A stretch of DNA of 64,000 bases. Origin: a virus. A program made the translations under genes and the position numbers. Positions 28,903 to 39,120 of the stretch are shown here, one piece after another. Location: IMG/VR virus record IMGVR_UViG_3300021964_006878, positions 21,367-85,366 of that record. The stretch is one strand, 5' to 3'. The notes under the pieces were generated by a model. That model saw only the letters and a program-made list of their open reading frames with translations, was not told where the DNA came from and made no database searches. Every line of letters begins with the position of its first letter. Within the stretch, counting starts at the first letter, position 1.

Positions 28903-29807
28903 GACCTCATACCGAATGGAGTATCAGCAATCAGAGTTTGAGTTAGTGTTGCTACCTCTTGTGGCACCACCAAACAGAATCCAATACCAAGATTGAATAC
29001 ATTACGCATCTCATCTTCAGCAATGTCTCCTGCCTCCTGGATCTTGTTAAAGAGTTCTGGTCTCTCCCAAGCATCATAGTCAACATCAACTTTAAGACCT
29101 GCTGGAAGGCATCGTGGAAGGTTCTCAGGCAGTCCTCCACCTGTGATGTGTGCCATGCCTAGGATAGGAACCTCATCCAACAGGTGCTGGATCAGACGAG
29201 AATAGATGGTGGTTGGAACCAGCAGCTCAGGCATCTCTTTATAATAGATGTAATTTCTCCACAGCATATCATTGACGAGTGTGTATCCATTACTATGAAG
29301 TCCACTGCTCTCAATACCAATGACTACATCACCAGGTCTGATGTTACTACCATCAACAATATCATTCTTCTCTACAATACCAGTACAGAAACCAGCAAGG
29401 TCATATTCAGTTGCTCTATAATGTTCTGCCGTTTCTCCACCTAGGAGTTCCATACCAGCCATTACACAACCAACATTAACTCCATACACAATGTCACTGA
29501 CGTTAGCATCAAGTGATTTAGTAGAGATATAATCTAGAAAATATAATGGTTTAGCACCAGAACATATAACGTCATTGACGCACATAGCAACAAGGTCCTG
29601 ACCAATAGTGGTGTAATCAAAAGCAATCCTACAGATATTAATTTTAGTTCCGACACCATCAGCACCAGATACCAGCACAGGTTTCTCATATCCTGATGGA
29701 ATCTCCATCATTCCATTGAACCCACCAATGTTAGGTGCCAGTGCTTTGATATACTCTACAAAGGAACGTCCCTTAATAATATCAACACCAGAAGTTTTAT
29801 AATCCAT
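28878..29807 (-). CDS. purM: AIR synthase
   Basis: DGVGTK...DLVAMCVND...GGETAE...SSGLHSNG...HITGGG. Confidence 0.95.
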   Translation of the reverse strand: MDYKTSGVDIIKGRSFVEYIKALAPNIGGFNGMMEIPSGYEKPVLVSGADGVGTKINICRIAFDYTTIGQDLVAMCVNDVICSGAKPLYFLDYISTKSLDANVSDIVYGVNVGCVMAGMELLGGETAEHYRATEYDLAGFCTGIVEKNDIVDGSNIRPGDVVIGIESSGLHSNGYTLVNDMLWRNYIYYKEMPELLVPTTIYSRLIQHLLDEVPILGMAHITGGGLPENLPRCLPAGLKVDVDYDAWERPELFNKIQEAGDIAEDEMRNVFNLGIGFCLVVPQEVATLTQTLIADTPFGMRSWVIGKVT

Positions 29808-30004
29808 CAGTCTCTTCCCAAACGAATGTACAAAGTAATCAATGATTGTGAGATTAGATCACAAGAATATGTGAATCCAATCTTATCTTCCTTGTCCCAG
29901 TGTTCTCTTTGACTTTTAAGAAGTGTGGAAAACTCCTTAATTTTAGACCTCATTTCCTCTTTAGATAATTTATCCAATGATTTCACCTTTGGCAATTTGT
30001 TCAC
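29807..30004 (-). CDS. Hypothetical protein
   Basis: ORF track. Confidence 0.5.
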   Translation of the reverse strand: MNKLPKVKSLDKLSKEEMRSKIKEFSTLLKSQREHWDKEDKIGFTYSCDLISQSLITLYIRLGRD

Positions 30005-30242
30005 GACGTTTTAGTTTCCATACGATGTAATCCATTGTAGGGATACACATAGGATTCCAACCAACAAAGGATGTTGATTCTCCACTTGGTATCTTCCAAC
30101 AGGGAGCATCATCATTCTCAAGGTCTAATGACTTACGATACTCTTCCTCACCAAACATAACAACAGCACGTTCTGCTTCATTCAAACTCTTGAAGCAATC
30201 AAAAGAATTCTTTCTAATGATGTCAGGGATGTGATGTTTCAT
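29970..30242 (-). CDS. Hypothetical protein
   Basis: ORF track, start trimmed to MKHHIPD. Confidence 0.55.
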   Translation of the reverse strand: MKHHIPDIIRKNSFDCFKSLNEAERAVVMFGEEEYRKSLDLENDDAPCWKIPSGESTSFVGWNPMCIPTMDYIVWKLKRREQIAKGEIIG

Positions 30243-30474
30243 TTTGAATCTCAAGTTTAAGTTTACGAATACCAGTGATGAAATAACCAAAGTCCCTGGT
30301 TTCTGTGATGGGTTTTGTCTCACCACATACACCACACTTTGATTCATACACAGATGAACATCCTACAGAATAAACTCCATACTTATGTCCACAATCAAAA
30401 CAAGTGTTGTAGGCAGTTTCAAGTTTCTTAAGTAGGGTCTTTTTTTCTTTGATGGTCATTATTAAAATCTCCAA
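30223..30474 (-). CDS. Zn-finger-like hypothetical protein
   Basis: CFDCG...CGVCG. Confidence 0.55.
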   Translation of the reverse strand: MEILIMTIKEKKTLLKKLETAYNTCFDCGHKYGVYSVGCSSVYESKCGVCGETKPITETRDFGYFITGIRKLKLEIQNETSHP

Positions 30475-30692
30475 GTGCGTTCCAGTAATCCAATATTCAA
30501 TCCAAACTTATAAACACTAAACAAAATAGAAATTAGATTGCCCATACCAGATTGGATTTGAAGAAAAGGCCAAACAGGATACTCATACCAATGTGCTGAT
30601 GCTTGAAAAAGTGCCCATCGTTTGGTGAATAATACTTGGACATACCAATCTTGTCCAAAATCACAATCACGGGTGAACTTAATTAGTTTCAT
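30462..30692 (-). CDS. Hypothetical protein
   Basis: ORF track. Confidence 0.55.
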   Translation of the reverse strand: MKLIKFTRDCDFGQDWYVQVLFTKRWALFQASAHWYEYPVWPFLQIQSGMGNLISILFSVYKFGLNIGLLERTWRF

Positions 30693-30952
30693 GTTTCATA
30701 TCCGTAATACTTCTCGTTGTAGTATGGGTTGCTGTTTATAAAGAACGACTTAATAAACTCTTCTTTACTTTCTTTCTTTGGTGGCACATAGTACATCTCC
30801 AACCATCCTTTATTGATGAGCTCAAAGAAACTTGGTTCCCACGATGCTAATGAGTTTAATGGATCAAACCTTTCACTGATTGCTAACCACCAAGTATCAT
30901 ACCAGTCTCCACCAAATCTAAAACGGATCTTGTCAAGTTGTTCTTCGGTCAT
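30689..30952 (-). CDS. Hypothetical protein
   Basis: ORF track. Confidence 0.55.
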   Translation of the reverse strand: MTEEQLDKIRFRFGGDWYDTWWLAISERFDPLNSLASWEPSFFELINKGWLEMYYVPPKKESKEEFIKSFFINSNPYYNEKYYGYET

Positions 30953-31647
30953 TGGATTGCAAGTGGTTGTAGTCTATCTAGAATCTCACGATAGGCAGGT
31001 ACAATATCTCCTTCATCCTTTCGGAATAGGTCTTTATCAAATCTTTCATCACTACCAATCTTCCATAGTCTCATACTATCAGGACTAATTTCATCGGCAA
31101 GATACAAATCACCATGAGCATCATAACCATACTCAACTTTAAAATCTACAAGGTCAACGCCCATGATGTAAAACATCTGACGTAAGAAATCATTGATACG
31201 CAATGTCATCTCAATGAAAGGTTCAGGATCATATCCCATCAGACGCACACGGTCAGGGGTGAGTAGAGGATCATGCTTGCTATCATCCTTCAGGAAGAAT
31301 TCTACAATAGGATGTGGTAGTGGAGAACCTTCTACTAAAGTTGTTTCTCTTACAATAGATCCAGCAGCACGATTCCTACAAATAACTTCTAGAGGAACAA
31401 TTTCTACCTTCTTACAGATCATCTTGTTAGCACCAACCATATTAATATAATGAGTTGGAATAAGTTCTTTGGAAAGTTTCTCAAAAATGATAGATGAAAT
31501 ACTGCAGCAAAGAGATCCTTTTCCTAAAGGATGATCAACCATCTCACCATTGCCAGCAGTTACCTTATCATGATACTCAATGATGACTTGCTGTGCATCG
31601 TCACCTGCGTATACCGTCTTTACCTTTCCTTCTGTAATTACTTCCAT
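30949..31647 (-). CDS. purC: SAICAR synthetase
   Basis: EGKVK...PLEVICRNRAAGS...LVDFKVEYG...LADEISPDSMRLW...DKD. Confidence 0.95.
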   Translation of the reverse strand: MEVITEGKVKTVYAGDDAQQVIIEYHDKVTAGNGEMVDHPLGKGSLCCSISSIIFEKLSKELIPTHYINMVGANKMICKKVEIVPLEVICRNRAAGSIVRETTLVEGSPLPHPIVEFFLKDDSKHDPLLTPDRVRLMGYDPEPFIEMTLRINDFLRQMFYIMGVDLVDFKVEYGYDAHGDLYLADEISPDSMRLWKIGSDERFDKDLFRKDEGDIVPAYREILDRLQPLAIQ

Positions 31648-31841
31648 TAATTAACCTCAGATTTGTATGTAATAGTAATTTGATTATATACTTCATCTCT
31701 ATTGTCGCTGTTGTAAACATGACAACTTTCCATCTTAGCATCTAATAATCTCACCACATTATCTAGTTGCCATTTAGCAGCATACTCTTTAAATTCAGGA
31801 GTGATACCTATCTTATTAGATCCTGGTGTGTTAAATTCCAT
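31647..31841 (-). CDS. Hypothetical protein
   Basis: ORF track. Confidence 0.5.
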   Translation of the reverse strand: MEFNTPGSNKIGITPEFKEYAAKWQLDNVVRLLDAKMESCHVYNSDNRDEVYNQITITYKSEVN

Positions 31842-32116
31842 TACTCAATACCTTTAGGAAATTCTTCAATCTCAGTCAGTTCGTAGTCCCAGTCTTCCAT
31901 GACTGTATTGGCAAGAAATCTATCAGATAGCATTTCAAGTTCCTTCTCAGCATACTCTCTGCTCTCTGCTTCTAACCAAATATCAATCACCTTACCTAGT
32001 CTAAGTTTCTTGATATTTAACTCAGACAATCTCTTACAGGCATCTCTCACGGCATTACCAGGAGAGTCATCAACCTGTGATCTCAGACGGACAAATACAA
32101 GTGCTTTAAACTTCAT
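31841..32116 (-). CDS. purS: FGAM synthase subunit PurS
   Basis: VRLRSQVDDSPGNAV...RLGKVI...LANTVMED. Confidence 0.9.
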   Translation of the reverse strand: MKFKALVFVRLRSQVDDSPGNAVRDACKRLSELNIKKLRLGKVIDIWLEAESREYAEKELEMLSDRFLANTVMEDWDYELTEIEEFPKGIE

Positions 32117-32277
32117 GCTTGTTCCCTCTCATCAAGTGCTTCATTGATAATCTGCTTCAACTCTTCACGTTCTTCTGGTGTGAAGATTGTACGGATTTTC
32201 ACTGGCATCGGTTCATAGCTACTTGGTTTCTTTGATTTACCAGGAAGACTCATGCCTTGAGTATCAATTTTGTCCAT
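32113..32277 (-). CDS. Small hypothetical protein
   Basis: Manual: MDKIDTQGMSLPG... Confidence 0.5.
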   Translation of the reverse strand: MDKIDTQGMSLPGKSKKPSSYEPMPVKIRTIFTPEEREELKQIINEALDEREQA

Positions 32278-32413
32278 TGTTCTTTTTCACCCAGCAAGGT
32301 TTACATAACGAATTTGTCCAACTACCACCAGGTGCTTGGTGTCCTACTTGAGGTGTTTGATTCGCTGGCACCATTTTACCACACCCAACGCATTTTGTCT
32401 CCCACATTTCCAT
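32264..32413 (-). CDS. Small CxxC...CxxC protein
   Basis: Manual: MEMWETKCVGCG...LCKPCW. Confidence 0.5.
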   Translation of the reverse strand: MEMWETKCVGCGKMVPANQTPQVGHQAPGGSWTNSLCKPCWVKKNNGQN

Positions 32414-32415
32414 AA

Positions 32416-32646
32416 TTACTTTTTGCGGGTTTTTATTTCATTGCAAATTTCTGTGATTTCAGATTCAAAATAATTCCTATCTCTTTTTATTAGATCCCGA
32501 ATATTGATACTAGTTACATAATTATAATTATGAATATCATTTTTGATATCATATTCCAATTTATGAATACGATATCCAAGTTTACGCATTTTAAAATATA
32601 AAATACAAATTATAACAACAAGAAATCCTATTGCGTAGTTGATCAT
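32416..32646 (-). CDS. AT-rich small membrane protein
   Basis: N-terminal TM helix. Confidence 0.45.
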   Translation of the reverse strand: MINYAIGFLVVIICILYFKMRKLGYRIHKLEYDIKNDIHNYNYVTSINIRDLIKRDRNYFESEITEICNEIKTRKK

Positions 32647-32678
32647 TAAAAAAGAGGGTCCTTAACCCCCTTATTATA

Positions 32679-32897
32679 TCACTGATTGTTCTGCTTGTAA
32701 AGGTCTTCAAGTCTTTCTCTACTGAGATCAACATACATCAACTCTTCACCTGCTTGTGGTGCCTCGGGATGCTTTGGTTTGGGAGGATTCCTCATCTCTA
32801 CGTTAATAGATTGAATGTTACTCCACATCATAGCAAACGCAGCACCAGCAATGAGAGCAAAGCATACACCGTAAACAAAAACAAGATAGTGATTCAT
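32679..32897 (-). CDS. Small membrane protein (DUF2973-like)
   Basis: TM helix plus HPEAP...ELMYV. Confidence 0.6.
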   Translation of the reverse strand: MNHYLVFVYGVCFALIAGAAFAMMWSNIQSINVEMRNPPKPKHPEAPQAGEELMYVDLSRERLEDLYKQNNQ

Positions 32898-32902
32898 AGT
32901 AG

Positions 32903-33094
32903 TTATTTGTTGTTTTTACATGATAGTCCATAATAATAAATCTTATTGTGATTGTTCTGCCCCATTCGATAAGGAAACATTTCTTCTGCTCTTTCCTTTA
33001 TCTGAAGTTCAGTTAAGTTTGGTGCCTCATAACAAATCGTAGACATGTAATAAGACATTCCTGCTGCTAATAAGAAAGACATAAAACTTATCAT
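32903..33094 (-). CDS. Hypothetical protein
   Basis: ORF track. Confidence 0.5.
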   Translation of the reverse strand: MISFMSFLLAAGMSYYMSTICYEAPNLTELQIKERAEEMFPYRMGQNNHNKIYYYGLSCKNNK

Positions 33095-33157
33095 AATTTA
33101 ATTATCTATAATAAAAGCACCCCTGTAAAGGAGTGCTGTGACGGTTTGGGAAGTGGT

Positions 33158-33721
33158 TTAGAGTGCTTCCAGATTTTCTACCAGTGTTTTGAGTTCTGTA
33201 AGTGTGGCATCATTCTTGAGAGTATTAGCCCTATAACTTATTACCCAGATATTATCAGGAGTATATCCTTTTCCAGGAACTTTTTGATCTAAACTTGGAT
33301 TTCTTGGGTCTGTCTTATCACTTGTAGATACTAATGGTATTCCAAGTAAAGGACAAACTTCTGGTATTACAATATCATCCATAGAGATTGTAAAGGGTAT
33401 ACCTTTTTTCTTTGCTCTGTGTTGAGCATTATGATACATCTTATATCTACGGTCGTCTCGTTTGAGAGTTCCTTCAGGTTTCTTTTTAGTTTTATTGAAG
33501 GTAATTGTAGTTTCTCTTCTAACACACCCACAACTTGTAGTTCTTCCAGTCGTTAATCCACTTCTGTCACAAGTTTTTTCTCCACCACATTCACATTTAC
33601 AAGTTGCATATACTCTGGTTTTTCCACTCTTTAAAATAACTTCTTCTTTTAAAACAGTAAGTTTTCCAAACTTCTCATCAACTAAAGCACCACAAGGTTT
33701 TGATTTATTATTTAATCCCAT
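33158..33721 (-). mobile_element. Free-standing homing endonuclease downstream of psbD
   Basis: KFGKLTV...CKCECG...SCGC; CPLLG...SLDQKVPGKGYTPDNIWVISYRANTLK; TATAAATA at 33747-33754. Confidence 0.85.
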
Positions 33722-33783
33722 GACACGAACTATGAATAACTATTATTATTTATATAATATCATACTCTGGGTCTTATGTAAAT

Positions 33784-33805
33784 AAAAAAGACCCCGAAGG
33801 GTCTT
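33784..33805 (-). terminator. psbD terminator
   Basis: AAGACCC-TTCG-GGGTCTT plus T-run. Confidence 0.8.
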
Positions 33806-33810
33806 GAGTA

Positions 33811-34869
33811 TCAAAGAGCATTTCCTCTTGGAAGGATCTCCTCAATTACAGGAAAGTTTTCGTGTGGTTGGTCAATAGTCATCATCCATTCACGGAGGCC
33901 ATTGTTCAACAAAATATTTTTCGTGTAGAAAGTTTCGTATGAAGCGTCCTCTGCTGCTCTAATCTCTTGACTCACAAAATCATAGGCACGAAGATTAAAA
34001 GCAAGCCCAATGATCCCAATAGAGGAGACCCAAAGACCCATGACAGGAACAAAAAGCATAAGGAAATGAAGAAACCGCTTATTGCTAAACGCAATCCCGA
34101 AGATTTGCGACCAGAAACGGTTCGCAGTAACCATCGAATAGGTCTCCTCCTCCTGAGTGGAATCGAACGCTTTAAATGTGTTTGCCTGTTCTCCATCTTC
34201 ATACAATGTATTTTCTACTGTGACACCATGGATAGCACTGAGTAGTGCTCCTCCTAGTATACCAGCAACTCCCATCATATGGAAGGGGTTGAGGGTCCAG
34301 TTGTGGAAACCCTGAAGGAACAATAGGAATCTAAAGATTGCTGCTACCCCGAAACTAGGTGCAAAGAACCATGAAGACTGACCCAGTGGATAGATAAGGA
34401 ATACACTGACAAAAACAGCAATAGGACCAGAGAACGCAATAGCATTGTAAGGACGGATACCAATCAGGCGAGCAAGTTCAAACTGTCGAAGCATGAAACC
34501 AATGAGAGCAAAGGCTCCGTGGAGTGCCACAAAATTCCAGAGTCCCCCAAGTTGGCACCAGCGTTGAAAGTCCCCTTGAGACTCAGGACCCCAAAGTAGC
34601 AAAAGAGAATGACCCATAGCGTCAGCAGGCGTCGAGACAGCTGCCGTAAGAAAGTTAGCACCCTCAAGATAGGAAGAAGCAAGACCATGGGTGTACCAAC
34701 TCGTAACAAAAGATGTGCCAGTAAGCCAACCGCCAATGGCAAGATAAGCAGTGGGAAGAAGTAAGAGTCCAGACCAACCCACAAAGACAAAGCGATCCCG
34801 TTTAAGCCAGTCATCCAGGACATCAAACCATCCCCTCCCTTGTTGCTGTGATAATGTTGATGTTGTCAC
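33811..34869 (-). CDS. psbD: Photosystem II D2 protein
   Basis: [21 protein letters not shown]...PRGNAL; GTG start. Confidence 0.98.
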   Translation of the reverse strand: MTTSTLSQQQGRGWFDVLDDWLKRDRFVFVGWSGLLLLPTAYLAIGGWLTGTSFVTSWYTHGLASSYLEGANFLTAAVSTPADAMGHSLLLLWGPESQGDFQRWCQLGGLWNFVALHGAFALIGFMLRQFELARLIGIRPYNAIAFSGPIAVFVSVFLIYPLGQSSWFFAPSFGVAAIFRFLLFLQGFHNWTLNPFHMMGVAGILGGALLSAIHGVTVENTLYEDGEQANTFKAFDSTQEEETYSMVTANRFWSQIFGIAFSNKRFLHFLMLFVPVMGLWVSSIGIIGLAFNLRAYDFVSQEIRAAEDASYETFYTKNILLNNGLREWMMTIDQPHENFPVIEEILPRGNAL

Positions 34870-35132
34870 TATTTAAACCCTCCTTTTAGATTTTTTTGTT
34901 TTTTGTTTTTAATATCCAAAACTTCTATATGAGATTTGAATACTGTTGGAAGATTAAACCATTCTTCTTGTGCTCGTTCATAACCCTCAAAGATTTTACT
35001 TTGACCGTCTGAATACACAAATCGGTAGTGATGTCTATCATATGGTGTGTCAGAAGTTTGAGCAAACCATTTCGGTAGTTCTGGTAAGACATCATCCAAG
35101 ATTCTTTCTTCTGGATCTAATTTTCCATTCAT
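34869..35132 (-). CDS. Hypothetical protein between psbA and psbD
   Basis: ORF track. Confidence 0.6.
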   Translation of the reverse strand: MNGKLDPEERILDDVLPELPKWFAQTSDTPYDRHHYRFVYSDGQSKIFEGYERAQEEWFNLPTVFKSHIEVLDIKNKKQKNLKGGFK

Positions 35133-35165
35133 GAGAATAAGTAATTAAACTTAACATTTGTAAGT

Positions 35166-35194
35166 AAAAAAAGAGGGGATCCGAAGACCCCCTT
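35166..35194 (-). terminator. psbA terminator
   Basis: GC stem with TTCG loop plus T-run. Confidence 0.7.
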
Positions 35195-35220
35195 GCTTCC
35201 TATTAATTATAGCAGATATA

Positions 35221-36300
35221 TCAACCAACTGTGGGTGCAATTAAGGCCACAGGTGTGGACTCTACTGCTGCCAAATCAAGTGGGAAGTTGTGTGCGTTTC
35301 TCTCGTGCATCACCTCCATACCAAGTCCTGCTCGGTTAAGAACGTCTGCCCAAGTGTTAAGAACTCTACCCTGTCCGTCGATAACAGACTGGTTGAAGTT
35401 AAATCCATTCAAATTGAATGCCATGGTGCTTACGCCCAGTGCGGTGAACCAGATACCAACAACAGGCCATGCAGCAAGGAAGAAGTGCAATGAGCGTGAG
35501 TTGTTGAATGAAGCGTATTGGAAGATCAAACGACCAAAGTAACCGTGAGCGGCAACAATGTTGTATGTCTCTTCTTCTTGTCCGAACTTGTAACCATAGT
35601 TCTGTGACTCAGTTTCAGTCGTCTCACGGACGAGTGAAGATGTAACCAAAGAACCGTGCATCGCTGAGAACAATGAACCACCGAAGACACCAGCCACTCC
35701 AAGCATGTGGAAGGGGTGCATCAGGATGTTGTGCTCTGCTTGGAAGACAAGCATGTAGTTGAATGTACCACTGATACCCAAAGGCATCGCATCAGAGAAT
35801 GAACCTTGACCGAAAGGATAGACGAGGAATACAGCAGATGCTGCTGCTACTGGAGCAGAGTATGCTACACAGATCCATGGACGCATACCTAAGCGGTAAG
35901 AAAGTTCCCACTCACGTCCCATATAAGCATAGATGCCGATAAGGAAGTGGAAGACTACGAGTTGGAAAGGACCACCGTTATACAGCCACTCATCAAGAGA
36001 TGCTGCTTCCCAGATGGGATAGAAGTGAAGACCAATTGCGTTGGAGGATGGGACAACAGCACCAGAGATGATGTTGTTACCGTACATGAGTGAACCAGCA
36101 ACTGGTTCGCGGATACCGTCAATATCGACGGGGGGTGCTGCTACAAAAGCAACGATGAAACAGATGGTTGCCGCCAACAGAGTTGGGATCATCAGCACAC
36201 CAAACCAACCGACATAGAGACGATTGTTGGTAGATGTAACCCACTCGCAGAATTGTTCCCACGAAGAGGTTGATTGTTGTCTAGAAAGAGTTGAAGCCAT
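35221..36300 (-). CDS. psbA: Photosystem II D1 protein (intronless)
   Basis: NRLYVGWFG...[13 protein letters not shown]; 359 aa from MASTL. Confidence 0.99.
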   Translation of the reverse strand: MASTLSRQQSTSSWEQFCEWVTSTNNRLYVGWFGVLMIPTLLAATICFIVAFVAAPPVDIDGIREPVAGSLMYGNNIISGAVVPSSNAIGLHFYPIWEAASLDEWLYNGGPFQLVVFHFLIGIYAYMGREWELSYRLGMRPWICVAYSAPVAAASAVFLVYPFGQGSFSDAMPLGISGTFNYMLVFQAEHNILMHPFHMLGVAGVFGGSLFSAMHGSLVTSSLVRETTETESQNYGYKFGQEEETYNIVAAHGYFGRLIFQYASFNNSRSLHFFLAAWPVVGIWFTALGVSTMAFNLNGFNFNQSVIDGQGRVLNTWADVLNRAGLGMEVMHERNAHNFPLDLAAVESTPVALIAPTVG

Positions 36301-36317
36301 TGTTTTGAACAAAAAAG

Positions 36318-36422
36318 TAAGACCATCAGGGAATGGTGGAGTTACTATTTCCCAGACACCCTAAGTCTGGGATATGAAAGACTGTTGTTTAGACACGCTG
36401 TTTAGTCTTGGTAAGGCGTGTT
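36318..36422 (-). ncRNA. PhotoRC-II-like structured psbA leader
   Basis: Hairpins ACACGC/GCGTGT, TCCCAGAC/GTCTGGGA and ACCAT/ATGGT; complementary AAGACT/AGTCTT and TAGGG/CCCTG segments. Confidence 0.75.
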
Positions 36423-36462
36423 ACAAATGGTTAAGAAATGTGTTGGTTCCGTAACCTCTCGA

Positions 36463-36498
36463 CTTATTTATAATACCACTGTTTTGGGTCTCTGTCAA
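36463..36498 (-). promoter_or_regulatory. Overlapping sigma70-like and late promoters for psbA
   Basis: TTGACA-N17-TATTAT overlapping TATAAATA. Confidence 0.75.
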
Positions 36499-36502
36499 CC
36501 CC

Positions 36503-36664
36503 CTAGTACCGATATTCTTGAATTCTATCCAAGACTCGATTGAGATACTTGTGTGCTAGATCCTTTTCTTTCTGCCAAACCGATTTCGATTCTCCGTCAA
36601 CCTCATGCTTGAGTTTGAGAACATGGCATATCAGTTCATCTTTGTTCAATTGATTCTTTGGCAT
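36503..36664 (-). CDS. Small hypothetical protein
   Basis: Manual: MPKNQLNKDELICHVLKLK... Confidence 0.6.
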   Translation of the reverse strand: MPKNQLNKDELICHVLKLKHEVDGESKSVWQKEKDLAHKYLNRVLDRIQEYRY

Positions 36665-36840
36665 ATTACAAAAAAAGACCTTACTCAGTATATAGAGTAA
36701 AGTCTTTTTTGTCTGTTATTGGATTGGGTTTTGTGCTGGTATCAACATACCACCATCAAAATGGTCATCGTCATCAACATCTTCTGTAAGCACTGAATGA
36801 ATTATAAAAGCACCCAACATAAAGGTTGCTAATAACATCA

Positions 36841-36948
36841 TCAAAATATGCCCGGAATCAATTGACCTGTGGTTGCATATGCTCCGATTGCTGCAATGAC
36901 TCCAATCATTGCTGCCCAACCGTTAATACGTTCTGCTCTTTCGTTCAT
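36841..36948 (-). CDS. hli: High-light inducible protein (35 aa)
   Basis: Manual: MNERAERINGWAAMIGVIAAIGAYATTGQLIPGIF. Confidence 0.92.
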   Translation of the reverse strand: MNERAERINGWAAMIGVIAAIGAYATTGQLIPGIF

Positions 36949-37184
36949 GAGTTTTCTCCTAGTTTAAGATAAAATTGAGTTTGGTCTTTTGGTAACTTTG
37001 GTGAAGGATCATAGATCGAACTATCACCATATGTTTTGTGGTCTTTATATCCAACCATACGTCCTTTCGTATTTTGGATTGCTCCCATCATAGCAATAAT
37101 CAGGAAGATTGCAGGCGGTCCTATAATAAGGGCACCACCAATTACATAATAAGTAAGGAGTTCAGCAATAGAAGTTTCCATCAA
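36945..37184 (-). CDS. Small membrane protein
   Basis: TM helix. Confidence 0.55.
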   Translation of the reverse strand: MMETSIAELLTYYVIGGALIIGPPAIFLIIAMMGAIQNTKGRMVGYKDHKTYGDSSIYDPSPKLPKDQTQFYLKLGENS

Positions 37185-37266
37185 TAAGTTTCAGATAAGT
37201 TTTCAATAGAGAAGCAAAGTAAGACAAGAAATGCAATGCTTGTCATGGTAAAAACAAATTCAATCA

Positions 37267-37485
37267 TCAGAATCCGAAGACACCAAAGAAAAATACGCTA
37301 CCACTGAAAGTATAAGAGACAACAGCAGCAACAAATCCAAGCATAGCAGTACGTCCATTCAACTTCTCAGCTCTCTCTGCATATGTCTCAAGACCATAAC
37401 GTTCTGCATCAGTCTCAGAGATATACATTCTAGGTTCTGTGGCATACATGTTTGTGCGCCCACCGTCTTCAGTTGTTACAGTCAT
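37267..37485 (-). CDS. hli: High-light inducible protein
   Basis: AEKLNGRTAMLGFVAA; TTGACA-N17-TATAAT at 37513-37541. Confidence 0.92.
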   Translation of the reverse strand: MTVTTEDGGRTNMYATEPRMYISETDAERYGLETYAERAEKLNGRTAMLGFVAAVVSYTFSGSVFFFGVFGF

Positions 37486-37645
37486 GTTACACTCCGTAAT
37501 GTTTCTTTACATATTATATAGGAAACATAAAAATTTGTCAAGCAGTCTGAGTGACGGTATCTTGCGGAACATATATTTCTCATAAAACTCTAATAAAAAT
37601 CACATCTTTCTAAATACATATACATACCTCCTTCGGAAAAAAAAT

Positions 37646-38140
37646 ATGAAAAGGTTATTGCCTTTCATAATGTTATTGATGACCGCACCAGCAGCAAATG
37701 CAGGCGGACTTGTATCAAAAATGTCTTCTAGTGTTCAACTAACTGTTGAATCTGCTAGATCAACTGCTGTAAGAGTTGGTAATTCTTATAGTATTTCAGG
37801 TAGTGGTATTAATACTACTGATGGCACCACAGCAGGAACTGTTTCTGCTGGCACTATTACTAGTGGCATCTATTCTCCTGGAACTATCTCAGCAACTCAG
37901 GCAACTGATGGTAATGCTTTCACATATAGCACCTCGTTTACTCAAGGTGATGATATCCCAAGTGCTGCTCCTACTGTAGGAGATGTCCCTAACTTCAGTA
38001 ATGTAACTTCTTACACTGCTGGTGTTGCTGGATCTTTGGCTGGTACTGTAGCGACTACAGGTGCTCTAACGGTGACGGCTGGTGGTGCTGGTACTACTGC
38101 AACTGGACAATTCGTTTCTGAGATTACTGTTATCGACTGA
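37646..38140 (+). CDS. Secreted Ser/Thr/Gly-rich beta protein
   Basis: Signal peptide MKRLLPFIMLLMTAPAANA. Confidence 0.75.
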   Translation: MKRLLPFIMLLMTAPAANAGGLVSKMSSSVQLTVESARSTAVRVGNSYSISGSGINTTDGTTAGTVSAGTITSGIYSPGTISATQATDGNAFTYSTSFTQGDDIPSAAPTVGDVPNFSNVTSYTAGVAGSLAGTVATTGALTVTAGGAGTTATGQFVSEITVID

Positions 38141-38151
38141 GGAGGAACGCA

Positions 38152-38589
38152 ATGAATACTATGATTCGTTGGTCTGTCCTAAGTGCGGTGGGTGTAAGTG
38201 TCACACTTGCTCCTGCCCTGTCGGTCCCCGTGGTCCCAAACTTCACACAGGGATCAATGACGAGCAGAACGGAAACAACTCAGAAGATAACTGAGACAAT
38301 AAATAGCATGGATTATAACACTGGGTATCAGTATTCTGCTACTGGTTCTGGTGTCACAGCATCTGGAAACCTTTCACCAGGAACAGGTGCTACAAATGTA
38401 ACTATTAATGGAGTGACTTCATCATGGACTGGAGTAACAAGCAAACCGCAATTCACACAAACAGTACCAGGAGCAGCGTTTCAGTTCACAGAAACTTATC
38501 GAGGACCTGGTTTAAGCAACCAAACGATTATCCAAAGAGAAACCGAGGTTACAAGCATAACTGAAACAACCTCAATTTTTAGTCAGTGA
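38152..38589 (+). CDS. Secreted Thr-rich beta protein
   Basis: Signal peptide, VPVVPNF...TTSIFSQ; GGAGG RBS. Confidence 0.75.
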   Translation: MNTMIRWSVLSAVGVSVTLAPALSVPVVPNFTQGSMTSRTETTQKITETINSMDYNTGYQYSATGSGVTASGNLSPGTGATNVTINGVTSSWTGVTSKPQFTQTVPGAAFQFTETYRGPGLSNQTIIQRETEVTSITETTSIFSQ

Positions 38590-39105
38590 TTTCAGTGCCT
38601 CATAGAGCATTCCAATTTCCTCTATGGTGGCATTATTCTTTATACGATTAGCACGAGCAGAAATGATCCAAACATTATCTTTTGTATAACCTTTGGTGCT
38701 ATCAATCCTATCAACAGAAGGAGAACAATCTTGATGAGTGTCTGATCCTGGTTGTAATTTAATACCAAGCACAGGACAAAACTCTGGGATTACAATATCA
38801 TCCAGAACCAAACTACATTCTTCACCTCTTCTTCTGGCATTACGACGAGCATAGTTTAGCAGTCGTGTTTCATTCTTTTTAGTAGGATTAGCTCTGGGAT
38901 GTGTGTAACCTGCTGACTTTCTACACCCACAACTTACTACTGGTTTCCTACCTCTAAATATATCAGAACTAATAAGTTTTTCATTATTACACTCGGAACA
39001 CTTACACCAGTAAGTTCCTCTCTTATTTTTCTTGGTTGCCTCTTCATCCTTACGAATAACAAGAAGAGCACCAAATGTTTGTCCCGACAAATCTACTACT
39101 TTCAT
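38572..39105 (-). mobile_element. Homing endonuclease inserted antisense in the secreted-protein cassette
   Basis: DLSGQTFGALLV...CKCSEC...SCGC...CPVLG...SVDRIDSTKGYTKDNVWIISARANRIK; TATAAATA at 39137-39144. Confidence 0.85.
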
Positions 39106-39120
39106 TATTGTGATAACATT

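Noticed and set aside
35221-36300. Group I intron in psbA, psbD or thyX
   Set aside because: All three reading frames are continuous and full length.
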